Assembly: GCA_951804945.1 (NCBI GenBank)
Contig: OX638153.1
Span: forward strand, 51,646,001-51,710,000
Reading direction: 5' to 3'
Length of the DNA stretch: 64,000 nucleotides
From: Podarcis cretensis
Lineage: Eukaryota
Shown: positions 51,246 through 64,000 of the stretch, piece after piece
Position numbering within the stretch: the first letter of the stretch is position 1
Layout of the letters: each line of letters starts with the position of its first letter
The notes under the pieces: generated by a model
The model's database searches: none
Seen by the model: only the letters and a program-made list of their open reading frames with translations
What the model was told of the DNA's origin: nothing
Program-made: the position numbers and the translations under genes

Positions 51246-53109
51246 AAATACTGTTTTTCTTTATCTTAAGATGACATGAACAATGTTTTAAACAAAAGCT
51301 GCTTGTTACAAATTACTATAAAGGAGATTTTACAGAATCTGGCACAATTTATACTTTTCCAGTGTATTTGTCAGCTTTCATGTCAAACAAACGAGTAAAT
51401 AAATATTACTTCTCTTGGCAGTTTTGACTTGTTTAGATGCAAATGCTTTATAGTCTAAACAGATACTTAGCTCCATTAGTTCAAGAAAATTCACTTGAAT
51501 TTGTTAAGGAATTTGTTAAGGAAGTATCAGTAGCAGCTGATGAGTGTCATATGGATAAAAACATTCCTTTGAATAGTTTTACCGTACAAAATTTTATTTA
51601 TAAAAATATTCATAAACCACTCACTCATATATCATGACAGTATACAACAATATATAGAGGTATATAATACAAAACCCAAATTATCAGAAAAGTAACCAGC
51701 ACAACTTGGAAAAAATACTTATATGTAAGTAAGGCAGAGTCAGAACCTGAAGGTGGCTGTAATATTGGCTATAGTTCTTTACGTGAAGTACACTGAACAG
51801 TCTTATTTGTTTATCTCCCATGTTAAAAGCTGGGTTAATTTATTTAAACCAAAGCAATTTGAAACAAGTTTGTCATTGATGCTTCTTCATATGTTTCCTA
51901 AACAATGATGGAAATCTGGTAACTTTACCAGAGGTTAAGGGTTGGAAACCTGATCCCCGTCCTAGAAACTATGTGACAAATTCATGCCTATCAGTAATCT
52001 TGTAGGACCAGAGTTGTTGTATGCTGTTAATATCCCAGCCCTATGCAAAAGCTGGTATGTGCAAGGCCATCGAGAAATTAATGAAAGTTAAAGGTGGTAA
52101 TTAAGTTTTACTCAGAGTAGACCCACTGAAAGTAATGGACCAAACATAGCATGTTCATTCATTTTAATGAGTCTACTCTTAGTAAGCCTTAACTATCACC
52201 CTATGATGACTAATACTGCCTTGGACAAGTCTTATATTGCTGTTTCTGGGTATCTGTTGTGGTGTCCAGACTTTGGTTCCAGACAGGTTGTACTTCCTAT
52301 GAAGGAACAAGTGTGCTGCTTTGGAGTTCTGCCAGACCCAGTTTTTTCTTTTTTCTTTGAAGTGGCAAGGAGAGCTGGCAATGGTGAAGACTTTATCCTT
52401 AAGTTCCCAGACTTCACTGGGAAAGTGAAGTTCTAGTACTAGATCAAGACCATTATGAGCTGGACATGAATGTCAGTGAGAAACTGGCCTAGTTAGTAAT
52501 GGGGATGGGAAGGAGCAATTCCTGAGTTCAGTATCATGAGAACTGGTGTAATTCCTATGTTTTTAGAAGAAAGCACCTGATCTGCAGGAGTCTGTTAACT
52601 TACTGTGCCAAGCACAGAGGGCCTATTTATTTGATAAATAGTTTGAAGCACTTTGCACATGTTTTATAAGTGTTTTATCTCATTTATTTTCACAAGCAGG
52701 ACCTATTATTTTCATTTTACTGGGGGAGGAGGGCACAGACATCAAGCAGAGAGAATACATGGTGCTTAAGGCTGCTCTTTAAGATGAGACTTGAATCAGG
52801 TCTCCTATATCCAAGTTGAACAGTGCTATGAAAGCTGAAGTTTCTGTATCTCTGCTTACTCTAATTGCACTAGTATCCTTTCCAACCTCTTAAAACAGAT
52901 GGAACATTTATTTTAAGCCTAACAGGATATCCTTAACACAAAAGCTGTTCAGTTTGCCAGATCATTATAAAACACTATGAGAATACATTTACTGCTATGC
53001 TTCATGCTATCTGGGCAGTAGCATTAGGATATCTGATGAAAGATGACCCAACTATAATAACTTATCCAAAGTTGAAAATCCCAGATAAAGTTCTATAAAG
53101 GTGGCTTAC

Positions 53110-53319
53110 CAGTGAAACAATTTTGGTTTCTAAATCTAGCACTTTTATCTGATGATTGTTTGTGTCTGCAACATAGAGCAAACGACCTCCGTCTTCAACA
53201 CACAGGCCTCCGGGTTCATTGAAAGTTGAGGAAGTGAAGCTGGAACCAATGACATTGCTTGCTTCTCCTGTACCTGCCAATGTAGCACAATTCTTCATCT
53301 TGGGATCTACAAATTTAAT
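53110..53319 (-). CDS. NHLRC2: NHLRC2 coding exon (210 bp, phase 0-0; probable exon 9)
   Basis: [70 protein letters not shown], containing the NHL signature FNEPGGL...[11 protein letters not shown]. Acceptor TTTTCTCTAG, donor GTAAGC. Confidence 0.97.
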
Positions 53320-53489
53320 CTAGAGAAAAGCAAAGCACGAGGAACTTTGTAAATAATAAAACAGAATCGTGTACTTATTTTTACTATACTACTGATGATA
53401 AAATAAAGTAGGGAACAGTGTCACAATTAGAGAAAATGCTGCCTGCTAAGTGTCCTGCTATCACAGAGGGGGAGCTAGTATTTCCAGTA

Positions 53490-53715
53490 CAGTGGTACCT
53501 CAGGTTAAGTACTTAATTCGTTCCGGAGGTCCGTTCATAACCTGAAACTGTTCTTAACCTGAAGCACCACTTTAGCTAATGGGGCCTCCTGCTGCTGCCA
53601 CACCGCCAGAGCACGATTTCTGTTCTCATCCTGAAGCAAAGTTCTTAACCTGAGGTACTATTTCTGGGTTAGCGGAGACTGTAACCTGAAACGTATGTAA
53701 CCCGAGGTACCACTG
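53490..53715. mobile_element. Tc1/mariner-type MITE, 226 bp, intronic in NHLRC2
   Basis: TA TSD and perfect 12-bp TIR CAGTGGTACCTC; about 13 mismatches versus the 62367-62592 copy. Confidence 0.92.
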
Positions 53716-54443
53716 TATCAAGAAGTGTGGTTTGTTTCACTCCCAACATACTATGATCTGTAGACAAGGTTTATTCTTGACTTACTGACTGTGGTTTGTT
53801 GGGACCAAAACAAACAACGACCCCTGGTTCAGTCATAATGCTAACTCATTCATTGTTTTTTCCTCTCAATATGAACACATGTTTTACAGGGCTCTCTGCA
53901 GCCATCATTACCATAGATCTGGATCACCACATCAGTAATATCTACAAGTGACCCATGTTTACAATGACTCCACAGCTTTTTATGAACATGACTAAGTACA
54001 CAGCTGAAAGAGCTTGGGTTTGCATCATCAGGCAAACCTAGGGAAGAGGGAATGCAAATTTTCAGTCATCTGTGCAATTGTCCAGAACTTTCTCAGTAAA
54101 CATTAGAAAAGAAATTAGCCAGCCACCTTCTACCACTCTGTCTACAGCTTTATTGCTTTTAGGTGTCATAAATCTGATTCCCGACGTTGGACTTGTCTTG
54201 GGGGTCCATATAAGCAAATAGGAATACAATCTTAGCACCTTTATTGCCTCTCCATATAATCAAAAGCATCTTCCACAAAAAAGCAGAAGTTGACAAAAAA
54301 TCAACTGTTATAACATACATAAATGAATTATAATTTGTTTTTTAACTCCAAATAACAGTTTTACTGAATATCTAAAACTTAACTTTGTAGTAAGGTTGGT
54401 GAAATGAAACTCAAGCGGTAAATAATGCACCATGCAGGCTCAC

Positions 54444-54566
54444 CTTATGATTATAGGAATCTGCAACATAAAGGAGATTTCTTTTCTTGTCCCAGGTTAC
54501 TCCTAAGGGATGCTGTAGCTTTGCATTTATTCCAGCTCCATCAATATCACCAAAGGCAAATAAATT
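54444..54566 (-). CDS. NHLRC2: NHLRC2 coding exon (123 bp, phase 0-0; probable exon 8), one NHL repeat
   Basis: Manual translation [41 protein letters not shown]. Donor GTGAGC; acceptor is an atypical TTTTGAAAAAAG. Confidence 0.95.
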
Positions 54567-54919
54567 CTTTTTTCAAAAGCATATATATATACAGAGAAAG
54601 AATTATACAATTATTAAATTGGTTCAATTATTATTATTATTTAGCGCAAATAAACTAAGATTCTTGCTGAACATGATGGATCTTCAAACTATCAATTAAA
54701 AGCACAATAAAAGCATCAGCAGTTAAAGTTATGAAGTTAACATTTTGGAATGACAGGGAAGGAGCACTACCACAGTGATCAAGTTTATATTAACAATTGC
54801 TATAATAACTTTTATAAGACATGAAGAGTCATACAAAATAAGCTTACACACCACATCCCTATTGGGCATCTTGTTAAATCAAACTTGAGTAGGAATAGGA
54901 ACAAACAGCAAGAACTTAC

Positions 54920-55151
54920 CATTGGGTCTCTTTCTCCTCCTACAAGGTGTTTCACAGCTCCATCTTTCAGAGAAATGGTGCGCAGAGTGCTGCTTTCACT
55001 GTCTGCTACAAAAAGGTAGTTCCAAGGCTCTTCAGCAGCAACAGTCAGACCAGAAGGCTGGGCAAAGCCTGCTTTATGGGGATATGCATTATTTCGGTTC
55101 TCTTCATTTCCACTCCCAGCAAACCGAAGGCAGGTTCCTTTTTTCAAGTCA
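54920..55151 (-). CDS. NHLRC2: NHLRC2 coding exon (232 bp, phase 2-0; probable exon 7)
   Basis: [77 protein letters not shown], within ORF 54812..55219. Acceptor CTTTAG, donor GTAAGT; phase joins the previous exon. Confidence 0.97.
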
Positions 55152-55559
55152 CTAAAGAGGAGAAATGGGCATTTCCATGAGTCCTGCCTTGTTATTTGAA
55201 CACGCAGCCTGTCCCCCACCCCCCATACAGTAAGTTTTTTACTTACTGTAAAAAACTTGGATACTTAGAATAAAGGGGAAAATCTTCCTTTTTTGCTTTG
55301 TACTCATTTTGAGGTAATCAGTTTTCTTTCCTGCTTCAAATGCTTCATTGGGAAAACAAGCAGGCCTTGTCCCCTTTCCCCTCTGTTTATGCTTTTCTAA
55401 GTATACTAAGCAAAAACTACTGACCAACAAATACACTTGCTTTGCTGGAAGCAAGAGCGTTTATGAACCAAGTGCTGATTGATCAGAACTGTTTGGATAA
55501 TGAAGTAAAAGATGGAGAAATGTAAATACAGAAAAGTACAGCAAGACGTGATGCCTAAT

Positions 55560-55727
55560 ATTTATTGCATTTATATCCCACCTTCTTCTGTAGGAGCTCA
55601 TGGTTCTCCTCCTCCTCTTCATTTAATCCCTACAATCCTGTTGTTAGACTGAGATGCAGTGACTGGTTCAAGGTTACCCACTGATCTTCATGGTCAAGTG
55701 AGGACTTGAACCTTCGTCTCTCAGGTT
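55560..55727 (-). mobile_element. MIR/CORE-like SINE relic
   Basis: GACTGAGA...GTGACTGGTTCAAGGTTACCCA...GACTTGAACC core. Similar relics at ~42860-43010, 52640-52830 and 61480-61670. Confidence 0.5.
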
Positions 55728-55819
55728 TTATTCTTATTCTCGAACCCCACCTAGTCAGTCTACACATTCCACCTACCAATTATTGACCTGGTGTTTCTAA
55801 ACATAACATTCTAGCTTAC

Positions 55820-55919
55820 CTTCCTTTTGGTAGTTTTCCACATTCTAACATGAGTGCCCAGATTTGATGTGTTCCTGCCATGGCAATCCACAGAACATCA
55901 TCTTCATGAGTTGATGAAA
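55820..55919 (-). CDS. NHLRC2: NHLRC2 internal coding exon (100 bp, phase 1-2; probable equivalent of human exon 6)
   Basis: Manual translation [33 protein letters not shown] matches the NHLRC2 motif [16 protein letters not shown]. Acceptor TTTTTATAG, donor GTAAGC. Not in the ORF track. Confidence 0.95.
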
Positions 55920-56329
55920 CTATAAAAAAGGATTAACATTGGATGAGCCCTTGTTGGAAGCTTCTCTCACATTTTGCATTAAAAAACAACAACCACCCAG
56001 CCCAACACTTTTCAAATATTCAGCCATTCAGTAAGATAACATAATCATACGTTGGTGTTATTGAATGTACAGGGGGTGTGTGTGGAATAAATATAAGAAT
56101 GGAAGGGCAAATGGTCAAAAAAGAAGTATAAGTTTTGTTTGTAAGAGGCTCATGCTTTTCAGTCGCAAGTCGATATAAAGAAAACTGCCAAAACAAAAAT
56201 GAGTACACAATGGTATTTAACATTGTGGAAGATGTGGAAAATATATAATGAAAGTTAATTTGTAAATCTGTGTGGCGTATGGTAAACACTCAGAATTCAG
56301 AAATCTTTGCAAACTCTTTGCCACACAAT

Positions 56330-56600
56330 TATTATTATTTATTAAATTGATACCTCACCCTTCCTCCCAAAGGACACCAGGGCTGCAAACACACAAGCAA
56401 CAAAACAATTCCAATATATAAAAACAATTCCAATACAGAAACCAACTGGAAATGAGCTCTCCTTAAACTCTTGTTGAAGGAGGAAGGTCTTCAGCAGGCA
56501 CTGAAAAGACAACCGGGATGGCGCCTAATATTCAGTGGGAAGGAATTTCAAAATAGATGTCATGACACTGTATTGGGCAGAATGGGCCTCCTGATAAGAT
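56330..56600 (-). mobile_element. L2-like LINE 3' fragment
   Basis: (TTA)n tail followed by ATACCTCACCCTTCCTCCC and GGAGGAAGGTCTTCAGCAGGCAC. Similar L2-like ends at ~1950-2170, 15835-15910, 35960-36300 and 43575-43645. Confidence 0.5.
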
Positions 56601-58452
56601 GATATCTGCAGTGACTGATTGGGCATCTAAGATATGAGTCAATATTTCACTACAGAAACCTAAATGTTTATGTCACACAGGTTCAAAAGCACAAATATAG
56701 AAAGTTCTAGTCAGAAATTGCATCATCTGTCAAAGCTTGGTAAAATGTGTCATTCAATAGCAGAACTAAGAAGAAAACCACTCTTCTTAGAAGCACAATT
56801 TCCTTTTCCCTTGTGGGGTGAGTACAGGAAAAGGAAGGGAGAGAAAGTCATTATAATTTCCTCTGGAAACCTAGGTCAAAACCCCCACAGTCATTCTTGG
56901 CCAGTAAAAGCAATGTCATGAGCCAATAGGACGAGATACGAAAAGAGAAAGGTACTTTGTACTAAGTTCTGTTATGCATAACTTTAAAGTCTTTAATTGC
57001 AAAAAGTTCTTCTTTTCAGTATTGTACCTCCAGCATCTATCTGCACTGGACAATGAAGTTCAGTATACCTAAAATATTAATCTTTGCTGGATCAATCTCA
57101 ACTAAAAAAAAATCCAAATAGATTCTAAAGCCATTTCCCATTATTTAGGATGTATGATACATTCTAATCTTCTATTGCACACCTCTATTAAGATCCTGAA
57201 CTTCTATCTTACAAAGATCCAATAAGAACAGTTATGTGTTCAGGATCCTTCCTTTCCTGAACAACACAGGATTTCGCCCTGAAAGGTGATGAACACATTT
57301 ATTTATAATAATGCTTCATTTGAAAGCAGAGTGCATTCTGGTGGACACTTTTAGGAACTAACATTTGGCCTTGATAACTGAAATACGTTATCAAGTGCAG
57401 CAATCCTATGCACCCTGGCTTGAAAATACAGTCCACTAAAAATCAGCACGGCTTTTTTTTTCCAAATAAAACGCATAAAGATTGAGATGTCAGTGTATTT
57501 TATTTTTTTACAAATTTTATTGATGCAAACTTTCTCTTCAAAAGGTCAGTTAGTGCTGTGGTGTCACATGCAAAAGTACAGTAGACAAATTTTATGTAAA
57601 GTAAGCATGCTTAAAATTCTATAAACATAAAAGAAAACAATTCAGTGGTTTTACTCTTTCATCACATATGGAATGCTAACTAAGATACGCTTTCCTCTTC
57701 TTCAGCTCTCAGCTAATCAGGCAAAACCAGGGGTGTGCCAACAGAGAAAGATCCATAGCACTGTCAGTTTCGATTCAAACTGGCAATGCAAAGGAACGTA
57801 TTTCCTTTGTGGGCACAGCGCAAGCTGTGCTTGCCGACGAACAACCTTTATATTGCCAGCTAGAATTCAAGCTGGAGATGCAAAAGAATATTTGTGCTTA
57901 AAGCAAGCCGTGCTTTGTGGGTAGGTAAGAGACATGGTTGCTAAGGAAAAACTGGGAGCCTTAAAAGTGCACTCCCAGCTGTTCCTTGGCAAGCAAGGCT
58001 TGCTGTAACTGCCTATCAGCAAGTCTGCTTGGGCAGAGAATGATTGTGCTTTGGAGTTTCTGATCAGGAACTTCGTAGCACAGCCGAACCTCACCCAAGT
58101 GGAGTTTCCTCTAAGCACTGATCAACTAACTGATCCTGACCGCAAGCCTCACTTGCTCCCAACCGATTCTTTCCAGCCACGCCACTTCCTGTACAACACC
58201 TGGCATCACAGGTGATGTCAGGAATGGGGCAGGTAGACATCATTTGGGGAAAGCGGTCTTACAGACCAAACTGGAATCTGCGCTGGGCCTAATCTGATCT
58301 ATGGGCCAGAGGTTTCCCATCCTTGGGCTAAACTGAATACTCTAAATTTTTAATACAACTAGGCTACCTCAAATTATATTTTATTTTGAATGAGATTTAT
58401 GGTAAGGATATTATCTGCAGAAGATATTCACCTACTTGATTTCCCTGTACAG

Positions 58453-58652
58453 CAGGGATGGTCAATTTTCTATGAAAATGGATGCCACATTATTCCAAAC
58501 AGCTTTCAGGTCTATAAAAAAGTTGGCAGTTGGAATCTGATAGGTATGCAGCACGTGCACTCAGTCATAACACTGTACTGGACACAAATATGTCATTAAA
58601 AACTGCTTGAGGGGCTGTATCTAAGCCACAGACTGCCAGCTGACAATCCCTG
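58453..58652. mobile_element. Old non-autonomous hAT-type element, 200 bp
   Basis: TIR CAGGGATGGTCA / TGACAATCCCTG (11/12); TSD CTGTACAG/CTCTAGAG (6/8). A similar element probably lies at 63239-63685. Confidence 0.65.
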
Positions 58653-59299
58653 CTCTAGAGGAAAAACAAACAAAAGAGAGGAAGACAAACTTTTCAGTTT
58701 GCCAGTTTATAGGCATGATCTAACATCTGTTCCAATTACCAATCAAAATGTCACAGGATCTTGATAAATACACTTATGAGGCTCTATAAACTAAAGGTGC
58801 CTATTTTGCACAATGGGAGATATTTGCGATCTTTACAGAGATTAAAAAAGCAAAGTTGCCCCCTTTTTTGTAAGCACTACACTCAATACAACACAAAGCT
58901 GCCCGGTATTTCATTATTTTATAGCACAACGTAGGATTGCAGTACGTGCTATTCTTCTACCAGTTGCTTTAAAATAAAATAAAAATACTGTCATGCAGTC
59001 AACGTGGGCTGTCCTTGCAATTCCTGTAGGTTGTTATCGGTGAACAATATATTACCATACACGCAGGTCCCACTTTCTGAACATTTGCTATGCGAAAGTT
59101 CACTAATCCAAGCCTCATTATATGTATGGCTGATTCAGATATCTGAACAGCCAGAGTCTGAACACATTTTGTGATTATTTTGTGCTTTGCTCATTGGTGG
59201 CAGCCATTTTTGGCCAGAAACCATGCAGAGAGGGAGTGAGGAGATTAGACAAATCAGGGAACAGAAGAGCTGGACAAATCAGTTATTCTTTTGTCTCTA

Positions 59300-59493
59300 C
59301 AGTGGACCCTCTGGATATGAATTTAATTTGTTCTGCGGGTCAAAGTGCACACCAAAAGATCTGCATCCAGAGGCGCCGCTTCTGCGCACACACGCGGTGC
59401 GATAGAGCGCTTCTGCACATGCGAAGTACTTCCGGGTTTGCCACTTTTGCAACCTGAAGTTTATGTTACTCGAGAGTAACGTAACCCGAGGGT
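59300..59493. mobile_element. Related Tc1/mariner-type MITE with truncated right TIR
   Basis: TA|CAGTGGACCCTC start and GTAACCCGAGGG end resemble the family termini; the CpG-rich interior differs. Confidence 0.6.
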
Positions 59494-62366
59494 ATTTTGC
59501 TGGTTGGCAGCAGTCATTTCAGGAAGAAGCCATGGAGGGACAGGGGAGAGAGATTGGACAAATCAGAGTTTAGAAATGTTTCCATTGTTTACACCTTCCT
59601 ACAGCTCTCCAAATACAAATCATGGGTATTTCTTTTCATTTATAAAAATTCTACCCCCTCCCTGTAATTTTGGGATTTTTTGCTGTATAGAAATTTATAT
59701 CTATTGCAATATAGCACTGAGGTACAGAAAATTGTAACATACACCTGGCCTAGGAAGCGTTAAGATAATTAAAATCATTGTTCAGATTTCTAGGCAGATT
59801 GTGCATATCAAGATAAAAAATCATTGTATTTTAGATTTTATGGAAGCATTTTAAATACAAAGTAGTGTCTTTCCATAAAAAATGGCTATGTAGTAATAAA
59901 AAATTAGTCAGATCTTCCTCTAAGAAAATTACTTCTGCAAGAGATCCTAGAAAGAGTACATTTCCTACTATATTTCCTGAGAGATTTTGGAACAAAAAGG
60001 AGTCTTTTGTGACTCAAAACATGCATTCCATCACAAGAAGTGACGCAAACAACATTTTAAAAAATCAAACAGAAAACTGAAACTTGTATGGCTTTTGTCA
60101 CTGAGCAAAGAAAGAAAAAGAAACTGTATTTAATATGTGCTATATTAAAGGAAGGAAGGAAGGAAAAACAATTACCATATATAGCTGTACCTCCTCAGAT
60201 ATTTTATAAAACACTCATTGTATTCCACAGTTCTGAACAGAGTTATATTGAGATTCTCACTGCTTTTATAATCACATGCAGGATATGGCAAGGACTAAGG
60301 CCTTACTATATCACAACAGCCATTAATAGTCCAAAAATCCGGGAAATAATTGGCTTTGCTCAATGTCTACAAAACAAGAATTAAAATACAGAAGTATTTT
60401 ATATAGTCTCCCTTAGTTTAAACAATAAGCTTATTACAAAATAGTTTCATCTGGCCCATGAGCAAGGAATGTTATTTTTTAATCTAAAGTGGACATACTG
60501 CAGATTTTTTTTTTTTAATACAACAGATGAGCCTTATTGAAAAATCCCAGAGGAAACCAAAATATTATACTTAAACATGTCTCTCACTATGCTAGTAGAA
60601 TCCCCAGTTACACTTTATAATCCTTCTATGGATTTACCTAAAGCACTTTTACTTTGAAACAGCTACCCTAATAAAAATAATAAAGTAATTCCTTCACTTT
60701 TGTGCAGTTAAACTCCACATTCCAGCTAAGGAGTAGTTTCAAAGCAACAGCTTATCCTTATTAGGGAATATACATTCTCATTGCCAGCGCTGTTTGCAGT
60801 ATCAAAGCATTTTATTTTTGCTTTGCGATTACAGCTCCACTGTAAAGATGAATCAACAATAAAATGCAGATAGTGATGGATTAATAGTCCTCATAACTGC
60901 ATTCCTTTTACCTTTCCTGTAAAAAAAGAGTCATTTTCATTCTATCTACTAATTCCAATATAACAATTTCTCTATAAATGGATTGACTCAGGTAGGCAAT
61001 ATATAGGTCCAGCTTTCTCCACTATCAATAGTGTGCAGCAGCCCATCCTATTTACCATCCTAGTTACTTGGGAGTGGGGGGGTCTCCCTAGTAGTCCCAA
61101 CACAACAGGCCAGGGAAACAAAGGACTGACCTACCTAGTAAACCTATGCCAGGGGCTGTATCACTTTAAACATGATGGAACGCTGCACCATACAAAACAT
61201 CCCTTGACACAAAAACTAAATCTGGGGAAATGGTTATGGCTTGCAGTCTCTCTGGCACATTTCATCTGTGTGGAGATCTTTATTTTTTGAACACATATAG
61301 ATAACATTCCACTAAGTGAGCCCTAACGAAAATCTGAAGTTGTAAATCTGACACAGGTTGCCACCTCAAAGAGAATCGGGCTTGTTTCTCATTCTGCCAT
61401 CTCTCTTGGACAACAGATATGGATCACAAACAAGGGAAACTGCAAACTGATAGGGTCTAAATAATAATAATAGCTGTCACTAACATCTCACTTTTCCATT
61501 AGGGAACTCAAGATGCCATGTGAGGTTATATTAGCCTCACAACACAGAGGTAGGTAGTTTAGACTGAGAGACGGTAACTTTCCCAAGGCCGCTCCCTGAC
61601 TTCATAGTTGAGCAGAAATTTGAAGCTGGATTTTTAAAATCCAAAGTTAGTAACAGTGACACCACACACTGACTCTCACACAGGGCTATTGGAAGAGTCA
61701 GGTATGTTTCTTTATATTCATTCTCTCCTAGAGAAAGGAACTGCCCTATAAGAGATTTCATTAAAATCTTTCAAGCATTCAGTTTGCATCCCAAGCTATT
61801 CCTTTGTACACAGTGGGTAAACATACTTTCAACAAGTAAAAACATGACCAGAAACAGCAGCTATTTCTACTTATTTGTTTTAAGACTCCAGATTGAATAG
61901 CTCTAATGTTAACAAAGTTTATCAACATCCTTCCACTGTTCTCTTTCCACCACATTACAGCCTAAAATTAGGGCCTGGTTACAGTGTGCCAAAGAGCCTT
62001 TGCTTCCCTGCATGAAATAAAATCTAGTGTATTCAACACTGTTGGGGGGTTTGGTTGCTTATTTTTATCAATACTGTTGCTTGATTGCTCGAATTGTTCA
62101 GTTTTATTTGGTTATAAAGTGCTTTAGGTGAGTTTATGTTAACAAAATGGTGATTAATATATTTGCATTACCTGATTTCTCATTTTGGTAACAAATTCTT
62201 TATCAATACAGCGACACTAATTCAATGAATAAGATCAGCATACATATTAAAGCAAGTTGGATTTAAATTCACCTCCAGGGAAAGTCTTGAAGGATTCTAC
62301 TCAACTTGATTTTATAGAAATTTCACAGAAGTGTAATCAACCTGTTTTTACAGAAATGAGGCAGTA

Positions 62367-62592
62367 CAGTGGTACCTCAGGTTAAGTACTTAATTCGTTC
62401 CAGAGGTCCGTACTTAACCTGAAACTGTTCTTAACCTGAAGCACCACTTTAGCTAATGGGGCCTCCTGCTGCTGCCGCACCGCCGGAGCACAATTTCTGT
62501 TCTCATCCTGAAGCAAAGTTCTTAACCCGAGGTACTATTTCTCAGTTAGCGGAGTCTGTAACCTGAAGCGTATGTAGCCTGAGGTACCACTG
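62367..62592. mobile_element. Tc1/mariner-type MITE, 226 bp, intronic in NHLRC2
   Basis: TA|CAGTGGTACCTCAGG...CCTGAGGTACCACTG|TA. Confidence 0.92.
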
Positions 62593-64000
62593 TAATGCTC
62601 ATTTACATACCGATATGGCACACAATTGCACCATAGCACAATACAGTAACGCTGCAATAAATTACTCTCCTTAAACCTGAAGTATGATGATGCATGGCAC
62701 TGTCAAGTGATTTACTCATTGTTGACCTTGGCAATGTAGAAACAATTAAAGTCTGCTGAACTTTACATAGATTTGTTGTACAGTTAATTGTAGTGGCACA
62801 CAAAAAGTTTTATAACTATTGCAGGCATGGGTTCAATTGCCCTTTTACAAGTGAAATGAGCCTGAAGTATCACCATTAAAATGCTGCCTGGTTCAAAGGA
62901 TCAGCCTCAATTTTCTCCCACGTCCCTGAAGTACTACTTAATGATGAGACAGGTAGGGAACTGAAACCAGGTTTGGCTATGTAGCAACTGTATGTTTCTA
63001 AATAAAATATTTTTTATTAATAATTGTCTTTTAAAATATTCACATTTCCGTCTGCAGGATACAAGTGCAGGGTGAAAATTATCTTACAGCAAAGTTCAGT
63101 TATTTACTTGCAAGCAGAGCACATACAAATTATGATATTGCAATGAACCAGCCCTTTCTTAACTTTTCTGACAATATGAAGACAAACAAAACCAACACAA
63201 ATATCTGTGATGAATTTAAATCATACTTCTACCTATGACAGGGATGGGGAGCCTTTTCCCACCTGAGGCTCACATTCTCTTGTGGGTAACCTTCTGCATA
63301 AGTGACAGGAGGTGCAAGACGCAAAAATAGGTTTTTGTGACTCTTAATCTTGTACACTAGGTTACAGTCCAGCTACACAAAAGATCAGTGTTCCCCCTGC
63401 CACCACCACACATCTCCATTGAAGCAAGCAAGAGACACTATCACAGTTGAAGGACATCACAGTTCTATATTACAGCTGGGTAAAGGAACTCAAGGAGGCA
63501 AAATGCAACTCTCAGATATGCACAACAGGAAGAAAAATCATAATGATAAAAAGTCTTTCCAAAATAGCAAACTGTATACAGTATAGAGAAAAGAGATCAA
63601 ATGAAGTACAGGTTACCACCACCACCATTTAAGCAGAACTCTTTCGTGCAGTTAAAGAGAGGTCAGGTATGCTTGACAATCCCTGGTCTAATACAGCTCT
63701 TTGCATAGAGTGTGCAACAGGCTCACTATCTCTCAGTTTCAGCTCAATCTGTCACCTCTCTCCTGCCACATACACTTCTAATACATAAATTATCAATGCC
63801 ACTTAACAAAGCCATTAACAACTTGGAACCAATTTGCCTATGAGATCACCTTACCCCATATGTGCCAATTCTACCCTTTCGATCGACATAATTTGTTCTA
63901 CTACAGGTGCCACACCATACCCATTTCACATCTGCAAGAACTTGGTCATTTAGTATGACAGCACCTACATTTTTGAATTCCCTACCTATTGACATCAAGC

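Noticed and set aside
53490-53715. CRISPR-like repeat-spacer pattern (recurrent GTTCTTAACCTGA)
   Set aside because: These are internal sub-repeats of a TA-flanked MITE present in several copies; spacing is irregular, the context is eukaryotic and there are no cas genes.
1-64000. The ~190 short ORFs in the six-frame track as genes
   Set aside because: Apart from those overlapping NHLRC2 exons and the Bov-B fragment, they have no recognisable homology, many start at non-ATG codons, and their lengths fit chance in eukaryotic non-coding DNA.
55920-64000. Additional upstream NHLRC2 exon (expected ...SSPWDVV...)
   Set aside because: No matching frame found by eye. Donor-like sites near 62272 and 63854 do not give NHLRC2-like peptides, so the exon is presumably beyond the window.

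Overview
This is vertebrate genomic DNA, almost certainly from a squamate reptile. The POM-type Sauria SINEs and Bov-B LINE fragments suggest a lacertid lizard (inference). The only protein-coding gene I can support is NHLRC2 on the minus strand: six coding exons between 55919 and 49602, all with GT-AG boundaries and consistent phases, encoding the NHL beta-propeller repeats and C-terminal domain. By size they match what I recall as human exons 6-11. The upstream intron runs off the right edge (>8 kb). A long AT-rich putative 3'UTR follows, then about 45 kb of intergenic DNA, which by amniote synteny should lie upstream of ADRB1. The rest is a dense and often nested transposon landscape: Bov-B, four Sauria SINEs, Tc1/mariner-type and hAT-type MITEs, a solo LTR, and L1/L2/CR1/MIR-like relics. 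I found no CRISPR array, RNA gene or novel multi-gene system. The most unusual items are a 438-bp TSD-flanked insertion carrying a perfect 26-bp hairpin, a 90-bp hAT MITE nested in a mariner-type MITE, a 617-bp solo LTR, a weak splice acceptor on an in-frame-skippable NHL exon, and several CpG- and motif-rich candidate enhancers.
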